Shown: positions 29,101 through 41,100 of the stretch, one piece after another
Position numbering within the stretch: position 1 is the stretch's first letter
How the letters are laid out: each line of letters opens with the position of its first letter
From: Lingula anatina
Taxonomy: Eukaryota; Animalia; Brachiopoda
DNA length: 64,000 nt
Assembly (NCBI GenBank): GCA_051362555.1
Contig: CM120640.1
Coordinates: forward strand, 27,118,503 to 27,182,502
Direction of reading: 5' to 3'
Notes under the pieces: model-generated
Seen by the model: the letters and a program-made list of their open reading frames with translations, nothing else
What the model was told of the DNA's origin: nothing
The model's database searches: none
Translations under genes and position numbers: made by a program

Positions 29101-32100
29101 ATTTATAGTTGTCTAAGCATCAAGAAATGCAACCATCAAGACTATTTTATCCCATTTTTAATTGAGGTTTATTTATTCCAAACAGCATTGCTAAAAAAAA
29201 CTTATATTTCTTAAATTTTATTATGAGTACTGATATAATCTTATGAAATTATCTAGCCCTGAGTACTACTGAAATGAATACAAGAGATACAACTTCATCG
29301 ATGCTCCTACTCACCAGTCTCTCCAATGTCAAGTCCGAGTCTACTACAGAAGAACCTACCAAGCCAACAAGTGAAATGTCAACTGCTACCAGTTTTGAAA
29401 CCACTTCATCCATGGCCAATTCATTTACAGAACTAACCACAACAGATCTCTCTACCACCCCCACACCCCCTGCCACAACCACCATGGTACCCTTGACTAC
29501 AACCACTTTCTCAACAACTTTGTCTTTAACCACAACCGAATCACCAACTACAACTTCTTTAAGCACTATGCCAACCACTACCCCTTCTACAACTACACCA
29601 ACCACTACCCCTTCTACAACTACACAAACCACTTCCCCTTCTACCACTACACCAACCACTACCACTACACCAACCACTACCACTACACCAACCACTACCC
29701 CCTCTATCACTACATCAACCACTACCCCTTCTACCACTACACCAACCACTACCCCCTCTATCACTACACCAACCACTACCCCTTCTACCACTACACCAAC
29801 CACTACCCCTTCTACCACTACACCAACCACTACCCCCTCTATCACTACACCAACCACTACCCCCTCTATCACTACACCAACCACTACCCCCTCTATCACT
29901 ATACCAACCACTACCCCCTCTATCACTTCACCAACCACTCATATAGCAGGAATAATTGGAAGTACTTCGGCAAGCCTTGCTGTTTCAGCAGCTTTGATCG
30001 TCACTGTCTTTATACTCTACTGGTGAGAGTAAAAAATGTTTCATTATGTTATTAAGAATGAGAAGTTAAAATGTGCAAATTGGCAGACATTTTCATTGGT
30101 TTACTACTTATCCCTACTGCATCAAAATACCTTTAACTCTATTTTGTCTGTTGTCCAGCCCTGATCAAAATTACTATTTTATTTTATTTTCAATAAGTAA
30201 CAACTAATATGCTAAGACAAAAACATTTTTCTCAGTATTATTCTTTATTTTCATATTAAAATATCTGTACACATGGTCTGTATTAATACTTTGCCATTTC
30301 TTATCTCCAGGTGGCACAACAAAAAAGGTCAGAAGCCAGTTGCAAAACCACCCAAGAATGAAAACCTACTTAACTCAACATCCAAAACTTTTGATGATAT
30401 AGCATATGAGGACACAAGCATATCAAAAGAAAAACCCTTGTATGAAAATGGAAAAAAGAGGGTGGAAACCTTAAAAGGACCTGCCATGAATATCATTGCT
30501 ATCTTGGGCAAAGAAGAAGAAAATGCACAATCTTCTGTGTATGAAATTACAGAAAAACCGACTCCTAATCACTCCTCAACAGAGACCACTCCCTGTGATG
30601 TCACAATATCTATCAATGAAAATGACACACAAGATGATCAACGTAAGATGAATACTGAGCCTAAAAAATATGCACCACTCAAGCCACCAGTGAAAAATAA
30701 ACCCCAGAAACCTAAGAATCCACAAATACTTCCACTATGGAAAAATGAACCACTTCAGCCAAATGAAATACAGCAGTTGCAGTCCACTGAGAAAAACATA
30801 GACCATAAGGACGGAATGATACAGCCAAATGTTGAAAAGAAACCACATAAGTATCCAGGATTGAAACCACCACAGAAAAACCCAAACCAGAAAAATATGC
30901 AAAGCAAGCAAATTGATGAAACAAATCCCAAGATGGTAGACCAGCCTCCATGTGAAAACAAAGCTGAGCTTCAAAGGCCTCAAAAAACACCAATCCAAGA
31001 ACAATCGCCGATACACAATACCCAGAGCTCTGTTTATGAGATCTTACAGCCTTCTCAGAAAAAACCCACAAAAGTTTATGAAAACATCCCACTGAAAGAT
31101 CAGTCAGAAAACTCAAAGAAGATATACGAAAATGTCAAGCAGCGTGAAATAAACTCCGGTGATTACACCCATCTTTTGACCAACAATGAGAAACCTACAG
31201 ACGATTCAACTTACACAACCCTCAAAATTAAAACAAAGCCACAAGTCAAAAAGAAACCTGGTAAAAGAACTTAGGATATAAACTAATTAACTTGATCAAG
31301 TTGGTTTCAAGATGTAAGTGGATTTGCAGGTCATATTGCCAATGTAGAATTTTTATTATTTAATTTCAATTCAATAACGCAATATTCAACATTAATCTAT
31401 GCAATATTGAATATAAAATATAACTTTCTGTTTTTACTTCGGATTACATTATGACATACCTTTATTGTGGATGATAATATGTTTATTAGCATCTCCTTTT
31501 GCTGGTTATCATGTTCACTTTTCTGACTTAAAACCAGAGTTGTGCTTTTCACAAGGTTCTCCACCAAAGCTAGCTGGCACTTCAACTTGAGACTCAAATT
31601 TTCATATGCAGAACTCCATTTCACAAGGCTGTGAAACACCATTATCTGCACAGAGGACAAGCACTGAATCTGCCTTAGTTTTTCTACTAATTGGTCTGCC
31701 TCTTCTGAAATGACAGATATTGATCTTTGCTATATGAACATTCCGCACTCAATTCCTTTATATCAAAAACACATTGTGCTTTGTCTTTTTAACCTGTAAA
31801 TGGTCAATATGTTTACAATATGCTTCAATATTCAACGGTAGAAAAAAGCAACACAAACTCTTTGAAAACTTTTAGATTAGATATTCCCATATAAACAAGT
31901 GGTCTCAACTAGATAACTTGTATTTTAAACAAGAAATACTGCACTCACCTTGGTTAAGTAAATGCACCAACTTTATCATCATCTGCACTTTGTGCTTTGT
32001 CTCATCTTGCTCCTGATCACTATCAAATAGCCATGATTCAAACTCTGGCAGATAAAGATCCTTAATGAAGTCTTCTGTTGAGAAAAATAATTATCAAGTT

Positions 32101-35100
32101 GAGTCACAGCTTATCCAATAAAGCTAGAATTATGTCAAAAAGTATAACTGTTTGGCCAGAGAACAAGGGCATCTTTTATTGAAATCAAAGAAGTTAACAT
32201 GCACTTTCTTAAGTTCTCTAAAGATTCAATGCATAATGAAGTACTCTGAGTGATAATCAGTATAGAGTTTACTTGATGGCGAATGTATTAAACACATTAA
32301 TTGCCCTTCAACATACAAATGGAAAATCGCCTTCTAAAGAACAAGGAAGAAGTAGTTTAATTTTTTCTCTTATAAATTTTTTTTTATCCTTACCAAACTC
32401 AGATTCCATAAAAAGTAAAAAATCCATAACTTTCACAAAAAGCTGTTTCATCTTTTTGACTTTCTTGTTTCTCTTGCAACAGTCAATAAACATTCTCCTT
32501 GCCTCTTTACTTCCAGTTACAAGACAGTAAATCATATTAACTCTTGTGCAAGTTGCTTCATGAAAACAATATTCTACAAAGCTATCTGAAGCACAGACAG
32601 TATACTGAGGAAATGCTTGCAAGAACTTCAACAGTGTTTGGTCAAATTTGACACTGTTTTTGGCAATGGCCATGTTCAGCAGTGTTGACACACTTTGAAT
32701 GGCCAAATGAAGGGCTGATGGGTCAGAAGAAGTTGATGACAAATGAGCTATAATATGGCTAACAAGGTCCACATGCTTTCCTCTAGTTTCCTCTGATTTC
32801 TTTTTCTGGCCCAGTATTGCATCGAGTATCATGCCTTGTTGGGAGAAAGAAAAAAACTTCAGCAAACTTGGCAAATGATTATACATGGTACTTGAACTTG
32901 ATCTGCCCAAGTTTTCTTTTTCTCTACATATATAGGTCACCAATTCCTGAATATACATGTCAAGCTGTCCTTTGAGATGCTCTGTAAATCTTTCCTCAAA
33001 TTCTGCAATCACTGCCAGTGTTTTGCAGGTGAAAGATGTCATCATGACTGCGATCCTCTTCTGGTCATCTTTGTGAGAATGATGCACTGCTGGTTTAAGA
33101 AACCATGTCTTAACAGTGGGATGGCTAAGCACAAGGTTCATGACCATAACCAAAATATCTTCTTTTGACTCAGCAGTTGCTGCGATATTCAGAATGTATG
33201 CATTATTTGAAGCTTTTACTTCTGTCTTTTCTGGTCCAGTGTCACGTTCCTCTGTGGTTGCATATTCATGTACCTTTGCAATTATGTCATAAATTTCATC
33301 AAAATATTTCTCCAGTAATTCTGTGGAAAGATCAGCATCCTACAAACAAATCAAACATATTCCATATATATTGTTATTAAACTACTGAAATATATATGGG
33401 AAAAAGTAAAATGGTAATCTTTTCTTTGGCTAAATAAGAATATATAATCATTATTATCATTTTATTCAATGTTTGCATGAGTTACAACCTAACAGTATTT
33501 GAAACATATTTAATATGTTGCACTTTTTTGACAAATGTTTTTCATAGTATTTTTCAATGTACCTTTTCCCATTCCTCCACTACAGTGTGTATATAGAGCA
33601 GAATCTGCTGCACAGCTTCAACACAGCCTTCTGGTGTCAGCTCTGAGAGTGCTTTTTTACTACCTTTCTTCATTTCAGCAAAGAGACCAGTTTTAGTTCT
33701 TCTTTCAAATATGTACTGATGCAGTCCACAGTAATCTGTGGGGATTTTAGACTTCTTTGGTTTCCTCACAGGTGAACCTGGTGTCTAAATATATATACAA
33801 TGACTTAATATAAGGCTAATTTAAGTAAAAGCACCAGAGTTTCCTTGGATAAAACTAAATGTTCGATGAAACTGTGCTGTCACTTGACAGTGGCCTATTA
33901 CATTATGTCAACAGAGCCTGATGTGAACAATTCAAACATGCAGAGGATTAAAATCTGAGGACTTTTAAAATGCACATATGAATACTAAAATGATAAATAT
34001 TCTGCCTTAATACACTTTCTAAAACTTTAATATAAGAAGAATAAATGTTAACTTTTAACAATTTGTGTCTTACTTTTTTGCTTTCCTGGGGCAGCCACTG
34101 AGTAGTATAATCACACAGTGTAGTTGTCTTCAAGGTCTCTGTATACTGATGCAGCATTAAGCATAAAGGTTTTGGATCAAGCTGCATATGCAGGATGCCA
34201 ACAAGGACAGACTGCAGATACTCAAGCACTAAAACAAAAAATATTTTTGACAATTTAAACATGAATCTATTTGCAAGAAAGTTACAAAATATTGTGTTTC
34301 TGAGAAAAAAATATGTAAATTGTGTTATACATTTATTAATCAAAAAGTTCCAGTTAAATTCTACAAAAAGGGAAGTATTACTGGTTTCAAATTAGAACTA
34401 TATATAATGAATCTGCATTCAAATCAAAAACTCATTATAATTTATCAAAAAAAGTTTGTCATAAAAGACCGTACCTTCTGCATTTTGCTCCTTCACCGGC
34501 AGTAAAGACAGTGCAACAGGCACAAGGGGACTAAATGGCGACCTGAGGTATAGATAAAATAAACTCTTCTATTTGTATATTGTATTTGTTATGATACAAA
34601 GAAATAAGTGACAAGATGCCGAATGATTCAGAATGTGCCACGTCTCTTCTCACCAATTTGCCAAAATAGTAAGGAAAAGGAAAAGAAAAACCATTTGACA
34701 TACAGTGACCTTGAGAAATGTGAAACAGGGACATCTACTCAAAGTACAATTAGAATTTGTGTATAACATATAAATTATTCTTCTAAAGTGAAGAAAGAAA
34801 AAAATGTCAACAAAACAACCTTTCTACTGTGTGTACTTCTTGTGCACTTTCCTGGCAATTCTCTTCCATCTCTCCATCTCCTTGCAGGGGTATGCTCTCC
34901 AATTCTAGAATCTCTACAAAACCATGACATTGTAACAGGCATTTGCATAGACAAAAATACATAATCATAATTTTGTTAGTATTTCTTGACTGTAAAACAT
35001 CTTGCCATCTATATATAATATATGAAAGCATGTAAAAAGTATAAAATAGATCATTCAACTAGAGGATCAGAGAGGCTATACCGCCTCTGGATATTGTACC

Positions 35101-38100
35101 ACCAGCTGGAGTAAGCGCATTCGTATGGACCCCCCCACCCCTCCAAAAAGGGACACCATCACCAGTCTTGTGCTTGACAAGCTCTATAAGCTGCAATCAA
35201 TAAGAGCAAAAAAATATAACTAAAAATGGTATAATCAAGCAGATTTTCGAATTGACTTGCATTTTCCTACCCTTGATCACTCCTGTATTCTCTAGACAAA
35301 AGGCCTATTGGTTTTCCTTGAAAAGTGTTGTCAATGGTGCATATATGCTGACAAAAGAGAAAACCTAGGGGCAACAAGGGGCACATCTCTGCTGGTTTTA
35401 AAGATATGAGAGGCAAGAAAATATGCAAAGCTCAGTTCATGGTGAAAAAATAGGTCAAAGGTCAATTTCAATATCATAGTATATGAATTTCTATTGAAGT
35501 TCAATAGCAACCATGGGTATTTCTTTGCCAATTTTGCAGATTTAAAGGCCTGAAAACATGCAAAAAGCAGTTCATCATTAAAAGTAGGTCAAAGGTCAAT
35601 TTCAAGGTCACAGATTGCTAGTGTATTACTTCCTATTCAAGTTCAATAGTAACTATGGACCTATTTCTGTCAGTCAAGAAAAGAAAATTTGCAAAGTTCA
35701 GTTCATAGTAAAAAGATGGTCAAAGGTCAATTTTAAGGTCACAGTAAATTACCAGTATATGACTTATTACTTAAGTTCAATAGTAACTATGGACCTATAT
35801 CTGCCAGTTTTGATGATAAAACGGAAAGAAAATTTGCAAAGTTCAATTCATGATGAAAAGTAGGTCAAAGGTCAATTTCAAGGTCACACTTAGATTGCCA
35901 GTATATGACATCCTATTCAACTTTAATAGTAACTATTGACCTATCTCTGCCAGTTTTGGAGATATGTGCCACCACAATGTGCCACCACAATGTACTTTTT
36001 AATACAGCATAACACGAAAACCGTATGAAATACAAATAAACGGAGACCATATGCAATGTTGGGCTTTACATGCTCTACAAAATGCAAAAAAGAACGGGTC
36101 GCTAGCATTAACGGTTCCCGAATTAGAGACAGTTTTCAATTTCGGTATCTTATGGCCGCTTCTCCTTGAAAATGCACCGATTGACCCCAAATTCACGGAG
36201 ATGAAAGAAGACCCAAAGGGTAACACTTTCCAATAATATTATTGGTTAAGTCTGTGTAGTGTCTGAATAACAGCGCAAATAATATTTTTTTTGTAAAAAA
36301 TTTCATTTTTTTGAAAATTTTGGCCCATTTGACCTTGAAATAAAGGTCAAAGGTCAAATCCAAGGGCATATTTGAAATCTACACATATGACTTTTGGAAA
36401 GCATCTGTAGAAATTTTTCCCATAATTCCTTCCGTAGGGTAGATAATTGGCATTGAATTTTCAAAAATTTTGACAAGGGTGCATTTCAACGAGCGTCATG
36501 CCCAGGTTAATGCACCGACTGAGACAAAAAACCTGGGGGTTCAAGTTGAGGTTATATGTGACCTAAATCCAAGAGATGGGGACAGGGGTCCTTGCGGTCT
36601 AGGAGGAGAAGCGGTAACGGTGACTTGTATCCGGCGCCAGTACGCGGAGCCAACGGAGCCGGACGAGACGGGTCGGGACTAAAACCATGAGTACCGCCAG
36701 CGTACACGCTGGTGGTACTAATTAATGTCAAACTACCTTTTAGAATGTCTTCACCAGTTTCCATTTCATCATTGTTACTTTGTCCCATCTGTGCTGATTT
36801 GGACACGGCTTCAATTATCCTATCGGCATAAGGGTACGGATTGCTTAGCAAAGTCAGTGCGGTCTTTTCCAGAAATGTTAAAACTGATATTTGACTATTC
36901 ACAGGAGTTGTTTCCAGTCTCTTCAACCATAATTTCAGTTCAGCTTCATTGTCTTCGAACAAACCCGTGTTTACCAACATCTGAAATAAAGCTAACTCAT
37001 TACTGTGACACCTTCTAAACGTGCCTTCAACAAATTTAAATACATCAAGATTCTGTATGGATCACCATGCAATATTGAGAGTTCAAATGTTGTCAAAATT
37101 AAACAATCACTACATGGCAAATGAACACTAAAAGTTAGAAGTTGTACTTAAATTTCTTATATAGAATTTACAGCATTTTAATTTCATTTCTTTATTTCCA
37201 CATGGTAAGAAACAAGTCTCACCTTAACCAATAAAGCCTTGGTTAGTTCCCCAAGTTCCTCGTTTCCTGCAGATGTCACCACCATCTCCATGAGCAGATA
37301 CATCATAGATCTGCCCTTGTCACTCTAGAATAAATTATGGGATAGCAATTTGGTACGCCATGGTAAATAAGTGTACTATTCAAATCTGAACAAAATGGTG
37401 ATCACCGTAAAGATTATCCCTCATAAAGGACTGACCAAATGCAAAAGAAAAGATATATTATTAGGAATCAGAACATACTTGACAGATATTTGGAAACAAC
37501 TGTAGTAGTTCAAAGACCCAAGTATAAGATACAAAAGGGAACTTCATAGAATCGTGTTCAGAAGCATTTCAATTATCCTCCCTTTTCTTCCTTACCTGCA
37601 AAGTCTGCTGTGGTGTAATCCACAGATAATACTGTTTAAACATCTTGCCATTTGGCTTATCTATTTGATTTTTTGTAATTTTGATGACAAGAAACTTTTC
37701 AAAAATTTATAATACTCATCAGGATCCATGAATCTACCTTCCTACTTTTTTTCTACATCCTTTTTAAAATGTTTACTTAGCACCATGACAGAATATGCTT
37801 TTCTATCAAGAATTACCTGTTTATTCCAGTTCATTTTCCTACTGTCAGAATTGGCCAAAAGCTGAAGCACATGCAACTGTAGAGCAGACTTTTCCTCCAG
37901 TGATAAATCAGCTTCCCTTGCTTTAATCCCTTCTAACATGCTACTAAAGTCTATAGTGTATACTGACAGCAGTCCAGGAAAATTCAACTGGTAGCAGCAG
38001 AAGGTTTGTAGAATTCTGGACATATACACTCCAATTTCAACATCTGAAATAAAATACTTACAAGATCTCAAGGCTGATTCTCTTCAGTAAATACATTCAA

Positions 38101-41100
38101 ATTTTGCTAAAACATCTAAAATACTTAGCAATTCAATTCTGAGAGTCATTTATGTCAATTATCTATAAATCAACAACTTTTCATATCAACCTAGGTGAAA
38201 AAATTTAAGTGTTAGAAAACTTTACCTTTGACAGCTAGATCTGAATCAACTACTAAATCACTGTCATCATCAACCACAGTATGGCTTGTTTCTGTTGTAC
38301 TTTTGCCTGTTAGATCTGCCCAGGACTTAACAATGCTAACCAGACTTGGCAATACCTAAAACACACATTTGCTGGTATTACACATAATCTTAAAACCTTC
38401 AATACTGCAATAATTTTTAAATCCAAGTACACTATCCATGAGAGAAGTCTCCCATACCACTGTTTAGGTGGTACTGATCACTTGAAAGAAGCAGAAAATG
38501 TATCATTCATGTTACAGATGTGGTAACTTTTTGTTTGGCTCTGCACAGCAACGGCTGAATAGTTAAGGAAAATTACATTTAGAATAAAAAAGGAAGACCA
38601 ACAAACCTTTATCATAGTTTCGGTGTAACTTTCTGTGAAGTCCTGTTTATCTTTTGCTGTATATGTTGCCCAAGCACTTTTCCCATCCCCTCCAGTACAG
38701 CTTGCTACGTTTCTCTGGAATTTTTCTGTTATCAGCAACACCAGTTTCAGGACAGCACTCCTTAAGATGGGACTGGGTTTCTATTCAAGATAAGTAACAT
38801 AATAATATATATTATTTTGAGCTTGATTTCTGTCAAATGTAACAACAACTTGGGTTGTGTCATGTCACGTTGCACTATAACATGTTTGCTTTTATGTTGT
38901 CTCTGTTTAAAATTGAAGGTCATTCGTAAATAAAACATTGACCTTAGATGAAACATTACATGTTGAACAAAGTTACAAATTTACCTTGACTGCTTGTGTA
39001 ATCAAGTTCATTATCACTGCAGGAGGAACTGTCAAGGTCATTGCCATGGCAACCAGTCGCTGAGGCGGGACATGCTCTGTTGGCTTGAGAAAAGATGAAA
39101 GTTCTGGCAAAACTGAATAAACCTGTAAAATAACCATAAAATTAGATTTCAGTTTTTCTTTAGATTTCAACTATATGAAATTTTAATGGGACAAAAACTG
39201 AAGTATTCCAAGAATTTTCAAATTTCATAAATACCATACATTTGCATTTGCAATGTTTTCATGCATACCAAAATGAACACCCATACATAAAAACATTCAG
39301 AAAATGTGACAAGCAAAAGTCTTCAAGATCATGGAACTTTAAAGTCACACCTTGAAAATGCCAATATGTGAAAAATTAAATTTTCACAAAAAACTGTTTA
39401 ACTGCCAAAAAAAATAAATAAATAAATAAAAATACCAAACAGACTGCATTGCCTACTGAAGCTGTATTTTAGTCCCATGTTTCTTTCCTGTAAGTTTGAG
39501 AACAGTAAGTGACATGATTTTCCTTAAATGGTCATCATGGAAGCAGTGCCCAAAATAGGGGTGTCTTCAAATTTTGATGCAATATTACATAATGTTTAAC
39601 AGCTTAATGACCATCAATTTTTAATTATAAAATATTTGTTTCACAGATATTCAGAAAATGTGACTAGCAAAGGTCTTCAGGCCCATGGAACTTCAAAGTC
39701 ACTCCTTGAAAATGCCAAAATGTAAACAAGACAGCACTGTTCTGAAATGGGTTTATTTCCATTTTTAACACTTTTTTAACATAAAACAAAATAAACATTT
39801 TACTGCCATTTTATATGACCAACTAAGAAAATTGATGAGATGGGAAAAGTATCAATAGAACAGTGTTAAATGTCCAATTTCCTCCATTCTGAGATTCTGA
39901 ACATAGTGGATGATTGAATCTGACAAACTGCAATGATATGAGTTTATTTCCATTTTTGACACTTTATTACACAATACATGATAACAAGTTTACCATGTTT
40001 TTTACATAATCAACTAACAATGTTGTAAAGATGCAGGAAATATCAAACAAACACTTTTAGGCATCTTATTAGTTAAATAATGAGACTGCTAACATGCCTA
40101 ATAATTGAAGCTGAGGAAATGTGAAAAACAGTATAACTTCTAAAATAATGGCCCGATTATGCTGATTTTCGAACTCAACCTGCGTTTTAGTAAGATTGAC
40201 CACTCCTGTGAGTATAATTACAATTGGCCAATCCGTTTTTCTTATATTGTGTTATCAGTGTTGTATTTATATTGAAAATAGTGAAAAAACAGCATAAATT
40301 CCCTAAAAGTGGCCCGATCATGCTGATTTTCGAACTTGACCTGCGTATTATGAATATTCATCAGTTCTGTAAGTTTCAAGTCAAAAGGTAAAATGGTTTT
40401 CCACTTATCGTGTTATCGGTGCTGCATATATGCAGAAAAAAGTGAAAAAACAGCATAAATTCCCTAAAAGTGACCCGATCATGCTGACTTTCGAACTTGA
40501 CCTGCGTATTATGAATATTCATCAGTTCTGCAAGTTTCAAGTCAAAAGGTAAAATGGTTTTCCACTTATCGTGTTATCGGTAAAAGTGCACGGCGCCGAC
40601 GGCGACAACGGCGACGATAGACGCAGATGATGGCTTATATGTACAGACACATCTGTGTCTGTACATAAAAACAAACCTTGTGAAGAAATTCCAAAGCAGC
40701 GATCCAGTTAGCAGATACTCTTGGCACAAAATGATGTTGCAATGTAGGGAGATATCTTCCCAGTTGATCAGGACAAGTTGTAAGAACAGAAACCACCAGT
40801 TCTTGGATCAATGGCTGTTCATATGGTTTGGTGATTGAGACAAGGAAGTTGGTCAAAACATGATTCATATTTCTGAAATGATATACTTTTGTTAGTTTGA
40901 TTCATGTTCCTGAAATACATAGCAGCCAAAACCTTTATCTTTTGTTGATTTTCTGTGACTGGTTTTAGCATAAATGAACTATTGTTCCATTGTATTTTTG
41001 CTCTTTTATGAGAATGATTTTGCTAGAAATATACAGTTTTGACTTGAATGCCAACCAAATGTGAATACAACATAATATCTGAACTTACTTTCCAGATGTT

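Noticed and set aside
29249-29938. 229-aa Val/Gly/Glu-rich minus-strand ORF
   Set aside because: Antisense shadow of the Thr/Pro mucin repeat; the + frame has a signal peptide, TM and matching splice phases.
30329-31116. Several overlapping hydrophobic minus-strand ORFs
   Set aside because: Antisense to the A-rich last exon of nested gene B; they are not URB1 exons, since URB1 splices across 24678-31459.
32308-32393. Possible GC-AG donor at the end of the large URB1 exon
   Set aside because: A canonical G|gtaagg donor at 32393 gives the required phase 1; the rest of the ORF is intron read-through.
39295-39725. ~75-bp direct repeat (about 39295-39370 and 39648-39722) as possible LTRs
   Set aside because: Too short, no TG...CA ends, PBS or internal ORF; likely a local duplication or repeat subunit.
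35430-40580. Regularly spaced ~140-160-bp repeats as a possible CRISPR-like array
   Set aside because: Whole units are repeated with no unique spacers, there are no cas genes, and the context is a eukaryotic intron; they fit HINE internal tandem arrays.
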